A DNA stretch of 41,648 bases from Gammaproteobacteria bacterium (GCA_011051615.1 DRKU01000193.1:1-41648), one strand, 5' to 3'. Positions 21,180 to 30,258 are shown, counted from the first letter of the stretch. The notes: generated from the sequence alone by a model not told the origin. Numbers and translations: made by a program.

Positions 21180-22532
21180 ATGACCGCCACCGAGCGGCGC
21201 ACCGCCCTGTCACTGGCCAGCATCTTTGGCGTACGTATGGTGGGGTTATTCATGCTGTTACCGGTGATCGCCCTCTATGCCGAGGTACTCAAGGCCTATA
21301 CGCCGTTTCTGGCCGGGCTGGCGGCCGGCATTCACGGGCTCTCCCAGGGCCTGCTGCAGATCCCCATGGGCGCCCTGTCCGACCGCATTGGCCGCAAGCC
21401 GGTGATCATCGGCGGCCTGCTGGTGTTTGCCCTCGGCAGCCTCGTTGCCGCACTGGCCGATGACCTGTGGTGGGTCATCATCGGCCGCTTCATCCAGGGT
21501 GCCGGCGCCGTCGCCAGCGCCATGATGGCCCTGGCGGCGGACCTCACCCGCGAGGAACACCGCATGAAAGTCATGGCCGTGATCGGCATGAGCATCGGCA
21601 TGTCGGTGTCGCTGGGCCTGGTGCTGGGGCCGGTGGTTTATGCCGCGCTGGGTGGGCCCGGGATCTTCGCCATTACCGCCGTACTGGCGCTGGTGGGGGT
21701 GCTCATCGCCTGGCTGTGGGTGCCTGAGCCGGTGAGCCAGCATTTCCACCCCGACGCGGAGGTGGAGCTGGGCTGGCTGCGGGCGGCCCTCATGCACCCC
21801 CAGCTGCTGCGCCTGGATGCCGGCATCCTCATCCTGCACATGATCTTTACCGCCAGCTTCCTCATGCTGCCCTACGTCCTGCGCGACGACCTGGGGCTGG
21901 GCGAGGGCCGCCACTGGCTGGTCTACCTGCCCATCCTGCTGGTCTCCATGGCCGCCATCGTACCGCTGCTCATCGTCGCCGAGCGCCGCCGTCTCCTCAA
22001 GCAGAGCCTCGTCGGCGCGGTGCTGGTGCTGGGTGTGGCCTCGCTGGGGCTGGGTGTCTGGCACGTGAGCCTGGTCGGCGTGGTGGCCCTGCTGTGGCTG
22101 TTCTTCGCCGCCTTCAACCTGCTCGAGGCCAGCCTGCCCTCGCTGGTGGCCAAGTACGCCCCCGTGGCCCACAAGGGCACCGCCATGGGCGCCTTTTCCA
22201 GCGCCCAGTTCCTGGGGATCTTTCTCGGCGGCCTGCTGGCCGGCAGCCTCCATGCCCGCTACGGGCTGGCGGCAGTATTCGAGGCCAACGGCCTGCTGGC
22301 CGGGATCTGGCTGCTGCTGGCCGTCACCATGCGCCAGCCAGCCTACCTGAGCAGCCGTCTGCTGCGCGTGTCGGTCCCCGACCGGGAGGCGGCCACCGAA
22401 CTGGCGCGGCGTCTCCACGCGGTGCCTGGCGTGGCTGAAGCGGTGGTCATCGCCGCGGACGGGGTGGCCTACCTCAAGGTGGACAACGACACCGTCGACG
22501 AGGCGGCACTGGCCGCCTTCGCCAGCGACTGA
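21180..22532 (+). CDS. MFS transporter, YajR-like, with C-terminal small soluble domain
   Basis: MFS motif A (GALSDRIGRKP), about 12 hydrophobic segments, C-terminal VPGVAEAVVIAADGVAYLKVD; common uvrA-MFS-ssb layout; ATG at 21180. Confidence 0.88.
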   Translation: MTATERRTALSLASIFGVRMVGLFMLLPVIALYAEVLKAYTPFLAGLAAGIHGLSQGLLQIPMGALSDRIGRKPVIIGGLLVFALGSLVAALADDLWWVIIGRFIQGAGAVASAMMALAADLTREEHRMKVMAVIGMSIGMSVSLGLVLGPVVYAALGGPGIFAITAVLALVGVLIAWLWVPEPVSQHFHPDAEVELGWLRAALMHPQLLRLDAGILILHMIFTASFLMLPYVLRDDLGLGEGRHWLVYLPILLVSMAAIVPLLIVAERRRLLKQSLVGAVLVLGVASLGLGVWHVSLVGVVALLWLFFAAFNLLEASLPSLVAKYAPVAHKGTAMGAFSSAQFLGIFLGGLLAGSLHARYGLAAVFEANGLLAGIWLLLAVTMRQPAYLSSRLLRVSVPDREAATELARRLHAVPGVAEAVVIAADGVAYLKVDNDTVDEAALAAFASD

Positions 22533-22724
22533 GCACGGGCGGCGGTATATTTTCCTGCCGCTTAAGTGCTTGTTTGGCGAAAAAATATTGATAAATAACT
22601 ATTTAAAACAATGGGTTGCAACCGAAAGAAAGACCGCCGTGGCGGTTCGCGGCCCGCCGGCTTTGTGCTAAGGTGAGCGCGGCCACACTTACATAAGCAG
22701 AAATCAGATACGGAGAACAGCTAC

Positions 22725-23171
22725 ATGGCACGGGGAGTGAACAAGGTAATCCTGATCGGCAACCTGGGGGCGGATCCCGAGGTGCGCTACATGTCCAACG
22801 GCGGCGCGGTGTGCAATGTCACCCTGGCGACCTCGGAATCCTGGAAGGACAAGAATACCGGTGAGCAGCAGGAGCGCACCGAATGGCATCGCGTGGTGTT
22901 CTATCGCCGCCTGGCCGAAATCGTCGGCGAGTACCTCAAGAAGGGCTCGAAGATCTACGTGGAAGGCAAGCTGCAGACGCGCAAGTGGCAGGACAAGAAC
23001 GGCCAGGATCGTTACACCACCGAGATCATCGCCAACGAGATGCAGATGCTGGATTCACGCGGCGGTGGCGGCAACTTCGACAGCGCGCCCGCCAGCCGAC
23101 CCGAGCCGGTGGCCGAACCGGCCGCCATGGGTGCGGGGGCAGGCGAGTTCGACGACGATATTCCGTTCTAG
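22725..23171 (+). CDS. ssb: Single-stranded DNA-binding protein
   Basis: [15 protein letters not shown]...TEWHRVV; acidic tail FDDDIPF. Confidence 0.99.
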   Translation: MARGVNKVILIGNLGADPEVRYMSNGGAVCNVTLATSESWKDKNTGEQQERTEWHRVVFYRRLAEIVGEYLKKGSKIYVEGKLQTRKWQDKNGQDRYTTEIIANEMQMLDSRGGGGNFDSAPASRPEPVAEPAAMGAGAGEFDDDIPF

Positions 23172-23191
23172 GCGAAATCCCTGTTTGCATG

Positions 23192-23225
23192 AAAAAGCCG
23201 CGCCTGTTACAGGCGCGGCTTTTTT
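23192..23225. terminator. Bidirectional Rho-independent terminator
   Basis: AAAAAGCCGCGCCTGT-t-ACAGGCGCGGCTTTTT perfect inverted repeat between convergent ssb and the TPR gene. Confidence 0.92.
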
Positions 23226-23252
23226 GATCGCGACATTTCACCGCGTGCCGTT

Positions 23253-25277
23253 TCAGCCACCACCGGGCACGGCGGGTTCTTCGGCAGGTGTCTCGACTGG
23301 TGGTGTTTCGGCAGGCGTCGTGGCCGGTGTTTCTGCCGGGGTCTCTGCTGGGGTCTCTGCTGGTGCAGCGGGCTCGTCGGGGGCGCTGCCGGGACGATAG
23401 AGCTGGTCATAGAGGCGCACCATGGAGAAGCGTGCGCGTGCGATCTGCTGCTGCAGGACGTTGCGGCGTCGGTTGAGCTCGGTTACCGCCAGCGATTGCA
23501 GGCGCGCTTCCTGACCGACGATGGCACGGGTCAGGCGCGGTGCCAGGGATCTGAGGCGTGAGTTCAGAGCCGTGAAGCGCGGCGTAAAACCGGAAAATGC
23601 CCCCGTGGCAGCATTTTGCATGTCACTGATGTTTGCCTTGACGCGATTGAGATCCTCCAGCTGCCGGGCCAGTTCGGCCTGTTGCAGGCGGGCATCCCAC
23701 AGGCGTGGTGCGAAGTCACGCATGATATTCCAGCGTAGCTGGCCACGCAGCAGGCGGATGCGATCCAGCAGGGCCTGGGCCTCGGGGCTGGCCGGTTGCT
23801 GTCGGCGGATATGGTCAGCGAGCTGTCCGAGGCGAGCCAGGGTGCGGGCCTCGTCCACGCTGGCAAGTTCCATGGCGTGGCTGGCCTCTCGGGCCTCGAT
23901 GGTGTCCAGGCGTGTAGCGAGGGCGCGGAAACGCTGGTTGATACGCGCGGCACGTCCCTCGAAGCCCAGTTGGGCCACGCGCCGTGAGGTCTCCTCCCAG
24001 GCGCGGGCGCGGGTCTGTACGGCGGTCATGAAGCTGGGCAGGCGATCCTGCCAGCGCTTGAGGACATAATCCAGATAGAGCAGGGTGCGGAAATCCTCGA
24101 AGGCCCTCTGGAAGGCGTCACTGGTGAGTAACTGGGTAATGTAAGGTGCGGCATCGCTGTCGGGCAGTTCCGATAACTGCCAGCGTGCGTCGGACTCGTC
24201 GTCCACTACCTGCGGGCGCAGGGCACGCAGAAAATCGCCGGAGCGTACGCGCAGGATGACGTTGTCCAGTTTGGCCAGGGCGGTCTCCAATGTGGCAATG
24301 GCCTTTTCATAATGGGAAATGGCCAGTTCCGGTTTGCCAAGGCGTTCGATAACGTGCGGGATGGTGATAAGGGATTCCTGCACGCTGGGATCGATGGCGT
24401 GGCGTTTCTTCAGCTCGAACCAGGGTACCAGCGCCTTCTGGTAGTCCTTGTTTGTGGTATAGGCCCAGCCCAGCCCCAGCAGGGCCTGGTTGGAGAAGGG
24501 GCCTTCGAGGCGCACACGGCTGAAATATTTCACCGCTGCCGCACCCCTGTCCTTCGAAAACCAGGCATAACCCAGTGCCAGGTTGGCGCGATCGGCCAGT
24601 GACTTGAGCTCTTCGTCGTCACTTTCCAGTTCGGCGACTTCCTCAAGCAGGTCGCTGCCTTCCTCGAGCTTGCCAAAGCGGATCAGCGAAACACCGGTAT
24701 TGTAATGGGCATAGTAGCGCCAGGGTGAATCGTCATCGAACTCATCGAGGACCTTGATCGCGTCGTTGATCTTGCCCTGTGCGCGTAATACGTCCACCAG
24801 CAGGTTGTAGCGTTCGTTGTTGCGCTCCGTTGGCAGGGTATCCCTGATTTGCGTCAGGGCGTGCTCCGCGCCGGCAAGATCACCCTTGAGGTAACTCAGT
24901 TTGGCGCGATAGAACCAGGCAATGTCACGGGTCTTGAGCGGTCGTTCCGGTGTCAGCAGGGGTTCCAGTTGTTGCTCGGCCAGATCGTAGAGGCCGTAGG
25001 AAACCGCCAGACCGGCGAGCAGCAGGTCTGGTTCGTCACCCTGGAAGGTCAGTGGATGATGGCGCTCGGCGACGATGAGATCAGTGAGTGAAAAGAAGTG
25101 TTTCTGCTGGTAGAGATGAAAGAGTATCTCACCATAGTAGAGGCGATCGATGGCCTTGCGCCCGGCCAGCGCGGCCTCTTCTTCAGTGGTCGAGTGGCCG
25201 GGGGCTGTTACGGCGAGCAGCGCCGCGGTTGCCGCGCCCAGTATCAGTGTCTTCCCCCGCCGTATCCTTTTCATCAT
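23253..25277 (-). CDS. Exported TPR-repeat protein with coiled-coil C-terminal half and Pro/Ala/Glu/Thr tail
   Basis: Basic-hydrophobic signal peptide (MMKRIRRGKTLILGAATAALLAVTA); TPR patterns (AWFYRAKLSY, YAHYNTGVSLI, ANLALGYAW, ALLGLGWAY); ATG 25277 preferred over 25316, which overlaps the upstream gene. Confidence 0.8.
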   Translation of the reverse strand: MMKRIRRGKTLILGAATAALLAVTAPGHSTTEEEAALAGRKAIDRLYYGEILFHLYQQKHFFSLTDLIVAERHHPLTFQGDEPDLLLAGLAVSYGLYDLAEQQLEPLLTPERPLKTRDIAWFYRAKLSYLKGDLAGAEHALTQIRDTLPTERNNERYNLLVDVLRAQGKINDAIKVLDEFDDDSPWRYYAHYNTGVSLIRFGKLEEGSDLLEEVAELESDDEELKSLADRANLALGYAWFSKDRGAAAVKYFSRVRLEGPFSNQALLGLGWAYTTNKDYQKALVPWFELKKRHAIDPSVQESLITIPHVIERLGKPELAISHYEKAIATLETALAKLDNVILRVRSGDFLRALRPQVVDDESDARWQLSELPDSDAAPYITQLLTSDAFQRAFEDFRTLLYLDYVLKRWQDRLPSFMTAVQTRARAWEETSRRVAQLGFEGRAARINQRFRALATRLDTIEAREASHAMELASVDEARTLARLGQLADHIRRQQPASPEAQALLDRIRLLRGQLRWNIMRDFAPRLWDARLQQAELARQLEDLNRVKANISDMQNAATGAFSGFTPRFTALNSRLRSLAPRLTRAIVGQEARLQSLAVTELNRRRNVLQQQIARARFSMVRLYDQLYRPGSAPDEPAAPAETPAETPAETPATTPAETPPVETPAEEPAVPGGG
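23272..23370 (-). repeat. Imperfect 12-nt tandem repeat encoding (PAET)n
   Basis: Protein tail PAETPAETPAETPATTPAETPPVETPAEEPA. Confidence 0.75.
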
Positions 25278-25296
25278 TATTATCCCGGCCTGTGCC

Positions 25297-25833
25297 TTAT
25301 TCCCAGATGCGGACATCGAACTCCGGTAAGCGACGACTGCGAATATTGGTGATCTTCAGTTCGGTGAACTGCGGTTTTTCGCTTTTGACGAAATTGTGTG
25401 ACACGCCACGGCGATAGTCGCGCTTCTTGTGGTCGGTGCCAAGGAAGTAGGCTACGAGTTCGTGTTGACCAGGCGCGATACTGCCAATATAGATCTGGTG
25501 CATGCCGCCACGCTGCAGGGCATAGACCTCACGCTCGGAGTAGATATGGTGCGCCACGATGCGGTCATCGAGACGTACCTCGACCGAGCGCAGGTCGAAC
25601 AGTTTGGCCGTGTCCATGGAGACAAAGACCGTGAGGCGCGTACTGGCCGGGAAGAGAAAGTCCTGTTCGGCGGCCTGTAACTCGCTGTTCATGTCTATGA
25701 TTTCCTGGCGCAGGGCGCGGATCTCTGCATCCAGGGTGGCGTCCGGTGCCGGCTCCTGTGCTGATCCTGACAACGGCAGCAGCAGGGTCAGTAGCAGGGC
25801 GGCCTTTATCAGTTTGCTCGATATCCCGGTCAT
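25297..25833 (-). CDS. Exported hypothetical protein (signal peptide, short coiled coil, beta-rich domain)
   Basis: LLLTLLLPLSGSA signal peptide; LDAEIRALRQEIIDMNSEL heptads; short spacing to neighbours; ATG 25833 or GTG 25845. Confidence 0.75.
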   Translation of the reverse strand: MTGISSKLIKAALLLTLLLPLSGSAQEPAPDATLDAEIRALRQEIIDMNSELQAAEQDFLFPASTRLTVFVSMDTAKLFDLRSVEVRLDDRIVAHHIYSEREVYALQRGGMHQIYIGSIAPGQHELVAYFLGTDHKKRDYRRGVSHNFVKSEKPQFTELKITNIRSRRLPEFDVRIWE

Positions 25834-25856
25834 GATTGTTCCCACATGTCGTTGTT

Positions 25857-26972
25857 TTAATAGAACAGGCTGAAGTAGAACTGGAAGACATTGGCCCGGA
25901 AAGAATAGGGCTCGCCGGTTACGTAATTACTGAAATTATCATAATTGAACTTGAAACGATTATAGGAAAAATTCAGCTTGCCCGCCTTGAAGGTGGCCGT
26001 CGGGCGTCTGAAGATATCCCACTCGATCTTGAAACCCATGGAATAGCTGTTGAAGGTGCTCAATTCCTTGTCACGGGCCATGTACTGCTGGATGCCGGAA
26101 AAGTTGTCCGAATAGAAAGAGGCATCGGACTGGGTGTAGTAACGCAGGCGGTACTCCGCCAGCACATCCTTGCTGTAGTGGTGGGTATAGCCGGCTTCGA
26201 CGGTATGCGCACGAATATCCCAGTCATCGCTGTAGAAACGGTAGTACAGGCGCAGGGAATCGCGGTTGCCCAGGTAGACGATACTGCTGACCGCGGCGGC
26301 CTGGCTGGCACGGCTGTCCGGGTAGCGTTCCGGCACATTGGGTACGCCATTGATGATGGCAACGCGATAAGGGTTGTTGAGGAAACCCTCTGCGGTAATG
26401 ACTTCGTAGTCAAAGTTCATGACCATCTTCGGGGTGATGACCTGCGAGACGCCGAAGTGGTACTTGTAACGGTCGACATCCTCGGCAAAGGTGTCATCGG
26501 TGGAGTCGCCCACCGTGTCGAAACCACGTGAAACGCCGAGATTGAGCGTGGTCATGCCATTCATGAACTCGTGCGCCAGGCTGAAGGCAAAGGTGTCCGC
26601 ATCATAGTCGTTTTCGGCACTGTTGACGTAGTTGAAGCTGATGATGGTGTCTTCATGCAGATAATCCACCCCGACGCCAACCTCGTCGCGTTGCTCGCGG
26701 TATTCACTGGCGTTCATCTCCACGTCGATGGAGGCACTGGTCACATTGTCGATGTAATAGTGGCCGGAGAAGGACAGGGATTCACCGTAGCCCTTGCGCA
26801 CCAGTACCGCCGGACCGGAAATGCGCACCCCGCCACCATCATAGTAGTGGTAGAGCATGTCCGAACGGTCCTCGGGCAGCACGGCGGCCTGTGCCAGCCA
26901 TGGTGCGAGGCATGCCAGCACCAGCAGCGGCCGAACGCTGCGCCTTACCCCCTGTGCAAGCGTCTTGTTCAT
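25857..26972 (-). CDS. DUF3570-like outer-membrane beta-barrel protein
   Basis: Signal peptide ending AQA; DNVTSASIDV, GFLNNPYR, YRFYSDDWDIRAHT, YRLRYYTQSDASFY motifs; Tyr/Phe-rich alternating strands; aromatic C-terminus; next to DUF4266 and TlpA genes. Confidence 0.8.
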   Translation of the reverse strand: MNKTLAQGVRRSVRPLLVLACLAPWLAQAAVLPEDRSDMLYHYYDGGGVRISGPAVLVRKGYGESLSFSGHYYIDNVTSASIDVEMNASEYREQRDEVGVGVDYLHEDTIISFNYVNSAENDYDADTFAFSLAHEFMNGMTTLNLGVSRGFDTVGDSTDDTFAEDVDRYKYHFGVSQVITPKMVMNFDYEVITAEGFLNNPYRVAIINGVPNVPERYPDSRASQAAAVSSIVYLGNRDSLRLYYRFYSDDWDIRAHTVEAGYTHHYSKDVLAEYRLRYYTQSDASFYSDNFSGIQQYMARDKELSTFNSYSMGFKIEWDIFRRPTATFKAGKLNFSYNRFKFNYDNFSNYVTGEPYSFRANVFQFYFSLFY

Positions 26973-27002
26973 TATGATTGTGATTGTTTCCTGTACTGCC
27001 AG

Positions 27003-27236
27003 TTAGTTACAGCCGCAACCGCCGCCCGAGCCGATACCACCACCCTGCGAGGCTTCACGGGTCTCGTAGACATGCAGCAGGTACATGTCATAGACGGGAT
27101 CGCGTGACAGGGCCATCACCGGGTCGGCAAGAAACTCGCGCTCATAGGGCTGTACCCAGGGTTCGGAAGCGCAGCCGCCCAGCCCTCCCAACATGAGGAG
27201 GGCGAGCAGGGCAGAGCCGATTTTCAATGCCTTCAT
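27003..27236 (-). CDS. DUF4266-like small lipoprotein
   Basis: Lipobox-like LGGC; VQPYERE.LADP.M; C-terminal REASQGGGIGSGGGCGCN. Confidence 0.85.
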   Translation of the reverse strand: MKALKIGSALLALLMLGGLGGCASEPWVQPYEREFLADPVMALSRDPVYDMYLLHVYETREASQGGGIGSGGGCGCN

Positions 27237-27254
27237 AACAGGATACCTGTGCGT

Positions 27255-27758
27255 TTATCTGGCCAGCAGGGCCTTGATGTTTTTGGCGTACTTTTTCTCA
27301 TAGCCCTTCTTGTAACCAAGATGGACGTAACGCACCTTGCCGGAGCGATCGAGGATGACCGTACTCGGCATGGCCTTGAGCTTGTAGCGCTTGCTGATCT
27401 TCTGCAGGTTGTCGAACAGCACCGGGAAGCTGATCTTGAACTCGGCGGCCATCTCGCGCGCCACGTCGGGATTCTTGTCCACGTTGACGCCGAGCAGGAC
27501 GAAGCCCTTGCCCTTGTACTTTTTGTACAGCGCCTCGAGGTAGGGCAGCTCCTTGCGGCAGGGCGCACACCAGGTGGCCCAGAAGTTGATCATCACCACC
27601 TTGCCGCGGTAGTCGGCGAGGCGCAGATTCTTGCCGGTCATGCTGGCGAGGGTAAAGTCGGGCGCGGCCTTGCCAACGTCCACGGCCCACACCGGCGAGG
27701 CCAGCAGCAGACCGAGCAGCAGGGAAATGAGAGCCAGGGAAGTCTTGTGGAAGTTCAT
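27255..27758 (-). CDS. TlpA/ResA-family periplasmic thioredoxin (disulfide reductase)
   Basis: Signal peptide; APDFTL; INFWATWCAPCRKELP; cis-Pro loop AMPST. Confidence 0.92.
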   Translation of the reverse strand: MNFHKTSLALISLLLGLLLASPVWAVDVGKAAPDFTLASMTGKNLRLADYRGKVVMINFWATWCAPCRKELPYLEALYKKYKGKGFVLLGVNVDKNPDVAREMAAEFKISFPVLFDNLQKISKRYKLKAMPSTVILDRSGKVRYVHLGYKKGYEKKYAKNIKALLAR

Positions 27759-27788
27759 GTCGATACCTCGTGGTTCCTTAATCGCATT

Positions 27789-28427
27789 CTAGAAAAAGTA
27801 ACTGGCGCCAACGCTCAGCTCGATATTATGAGTGGTCTTGTCGATATCCAGGATCGTCGTCTTGTAGATGTGATCACGAAAATCGATATGTACCGCCAAC
27901 CAGTCGATGGGCACCATCCGCAGTCCTCCCCCGAGCACCAGCGTAAAGTTGCTGTCGTTATTGAGCTTGGTGGTACCCAGTCCGGCGACGAAGTAGGCCG
28001 AACTGGTCCACGCCCGCCCGGTCTGGGCGAATACCTCGCCGGGCAGGATGTTGTATCCAAAGAGGACATTCAGGTAGGTGAGGCCATCGTCCTGCAGGAT
28101 GGTCTGTCCCAGCAGGTCGGCGGTCTCGGAGGTGACGGTACTGACCCCCACCGTCCCCTGGATGAAGATGTCCTCGGTCAGATGGTAAGTGCCGAAGATG
28201 CCGACCACGGCGTTGGCACCAAAGTCCTCGGCACTGTAGAGACCAACGAAACCACCCACTTCGATATCATCCACCTCGATCTGGGGCGGCTTGATCTCGC
28301 GCCGTTCCACGTTGGGGGTGATGATGTCACGGTTGGTCGGTGGTGCGGCCAGGGCCGAGCTGCCGCCAGTGATCAGCAGCAGGAGTGCGAGGACGGAGTT
28401 GAGCTTGTGGTTCAGTTTGCTGGGCAT
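27789..28427 (-). CDS. Outer-membrane beta-barrel protein (small, OmpA-like barrel)
   Basis: Signal peptide ending ALA; amphipathic strands (YFVAGLGTT, LVLGGGLRM, IDFRDHIY); C-terminal GASYFF beta-signal. Confidence 0.8.
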   Translation of the reverse strand: MPSKLNHKLNSVLALLLLITGGSSALAAPPTNRDIITPNVERREIKPPQIEVDDIEVGGFVGLYSAEDFGANAVVGIFGTYHLTEDIFIQGTVGVSTVTSETADLLGQTILQDDGLTYLNVLFGYNILPGEVFAQTGRAWTSSAYFVAGLGTTKLNNDSNFTLVLGGGLRMVPIDWLAVHIDFRDHIYKTTILDIDKTTHNIELSVGASYFF

Positions 28428-28439
28428 GATTCTGCGTCC

Positions 28440-29189
28440 TTAGAAAAAGTAGGAAACGCCGGCGTTGAACTGGGAAAAGCGATCGCTGCGATTGTTACCA
28501 CGCACGGTGGCATGTTCCACCACTTCACCACGAATGAGAAAGCGATCAGTGATAAACCATTGTACGCCGAAGCCGGCATTGAGCATATCCAGGTTGTGTC
28601 GGTTGGTGAGGATGACCCCACCGCCGCCGCCAAGATTGTCGGGGACGTTGAGAAAACGGCTGTAACCGATGAGGAAAAAGGGTCGCAGGCTGTCGAGTAC
28701 CTGGATGTCCACCAGCACGTTGGCCTGGATGAGCGCGGAGTCGGCGAAAATACCGGACACCGTCGAGAGGGCCATCTCCACGGAAATGTGCTCGCTGGTG
28801 CGGTAACCGGCGCGGATGGTGATGATGCCTTCCTGATCGAAGATACCGCCCGCGGCGCCGAAACGGAAACGGTCGGCGAGAACCTTTTCAACCAGGTTGT
28901 CACGCCAGGTGGGTGGCACCTGGGCACGTTGCAGGGTTTCTTCCAGTTGCTGTTTCTTGACCCAGCCCTGGCGATTCTTGCTGGCGCGCACCTCGAACCA
29001 GTCGGTGCGGCGGCGCAGGATCTCGATGAACTCACCGCGTTCCACCACGTCGTAGACGGGGTAGCTGGCACCGGGTCCGCCATGCAGTTCGATAAAGGGA
29101 TCCGCCACGCGCACCCGTAGTGGCGGGGTACCGGCCGCCTGGCCGGCAAGCGGGACGAGAAACAGAATAAGCAGAAAAAGGTGCCGCAT
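28440..29189 (-). CDS. SH3b-like domain fused to an outer-membrane beta-barrel
   Basis: Signal peptide; ELHGGPGASYPV...DWFEVR...GWV bacterial SH3 pattern; barrel strands; C-terminal GVSYFF. Confidence 0.75.
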   Translation of the reverse strand: MRHLFLLILFLVPLAGQAAGTPPLRVRVADPFIELHGGPGASYPVYDVVERGEFIEILRRRTDWFEVRASKNRQGWVKKQQLEETLQRAQVPPTWRDNLVEKVLADRFRFGAAGGIFDQEGIITIRAGYRTSEHISVEMALSTVSGIFADSALIQANVLVDIQVLDSLRPFFLIGYSRFLNVPDNLGGGGGVILTNRHNLDMLNAGFGVQWFITDRFLIRGEVVEHATVRGNNRSDRFSQFNAGVSYFF

Positions 29190-29237
29190 GGGTTTTCGGT
29201 ATTGTTGTTTTTACGCTGGAAACCTGTCTACCGGAGT

Positions 29238-29687
29238 TTAACTGTTCTGGATCCAGATCAGTATGGTCTGGTAGCCCATATCCGCCGTATTGGGAAAGCC
29301 GACGGAGCCGGGATGGCTGTCACCGTCCCCCTGCAGCGGCATGGTCAGGACACGGCTCTGGGGGGGGTTCGAGAAATTGACCATGGCTTCCATGGACAGC
29401 TGGTTGTCCAGCAGCTGCTGCTGACCCTGGGCGGTCATGGGGTCGGGGTTCGGCCAGATCTTGAACGATCCTCCCGACACGCCCCCGGCTTCGTGGCAGC
29501 CGGCCTGGGAGCAATTGTACGGTGCCATGTCCAGTACCGAGGACTGCACGATGGGAAAGGTGGAGGTATCGCCGATGGGGATGGCCGGGCCCGATTCGAT
29601 GGCATCGCCACCGCAGGCGCTCAGACCCAGGGTGGCCGCCAGCAATAGCCAGGGGAAACGGGGAAACTGCTTCATGATAGATGCCAA
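29238..29687 (-). CDS. Small lipoprotein, putative c-type cytochrome with atypical CX4CH motif
   Basis: Lipobox LSAC; CSQAGCH at 29493-29513; downstream VNFSNPPQSRVL...H...WI; start may be 29675. Confidence 0.65.
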   Translation of the reverse strand: MASIMKQFPRFPWLLLAATLGLSACGGDAIESGPAIPIGDTSTFPIVQSSVLDMAPYNCSQAGCHEAGGVSGGSFKIWPNPDPMTAQGQQQLLDNQLSMEAMVNFSNPPQSRVLTMPLQGDGDSHPGSVGFPNTADMGYQTILIWIQNS

Positions 29688-30258
29688 ATGCCTTCCTGCG
29701 ATGGGTACAACGGACTCAACGGGGCGATTTTACCGCCACGAAATCGCACGGTAACAGGGTCTTCGTCGCAAAACCGCCAAAAATCAACTTCTTGGGCATC
29801 GAGCGGCGATGGCCCCCCATTTCGCGGGTCCGATGCGGAGTGTCGGTCGGGCTGTTAAGCAATTGAAAAACCTGTCAATAATATTGCCCGTCAAGTTTAG
29901 TTCAGGGCCTGGCAGACATCAGCCACCTGAATGTAGAACCCGTCACAGATCCGGCATCGTCGCTTCATGGGTGGAACCATTTGCCGATCCATGGGGTGAA
30001 TAACCCTTTTGGGTGAGGGAATGCCGCCTGTGTCTCACTTTGGCAACACGAAGTGACGTGTGCTTCACAGAAATCGACCCCGGGGCTTTTCCTGAGGGTT
30101 CTAATGCGCTTTAGTTCACCCCTGAGAGCACGCAAACGACAGGGAACGCCGTTTGGGTTCACGGAGACCATGCTTGAATACTGTGCTCCGAGGGCAATTT
30201 CTTTACTAAAACTATGGATTTATGACCCGTATGCAGGTGTGGATACGAGGGTAGGCAA

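Noticed and set aside
23272-23370. Tandem repeats as a possible CRISPR array
   Set aside because: 12-nt degenerate in-frame coding repeats without spacers; no cas genes
27249-29120. 623-aa plus-strand ORF
   Set aside because: Antisense to three well-formed minus-strand genes (TlpA and two barrels); no protein-like features
29863-29878. FNR-like TTGA...TCAA site in the divergent gap
   Set aside because: Spacing is N8 rather than N6 and the inner T/A positions do not match
29688-30258. c-di-GMP or cobalamin riboswitch
   Set aside because: Conserved core sequences of those riboswitches not found; kept only as a generic structured-RNA candidate
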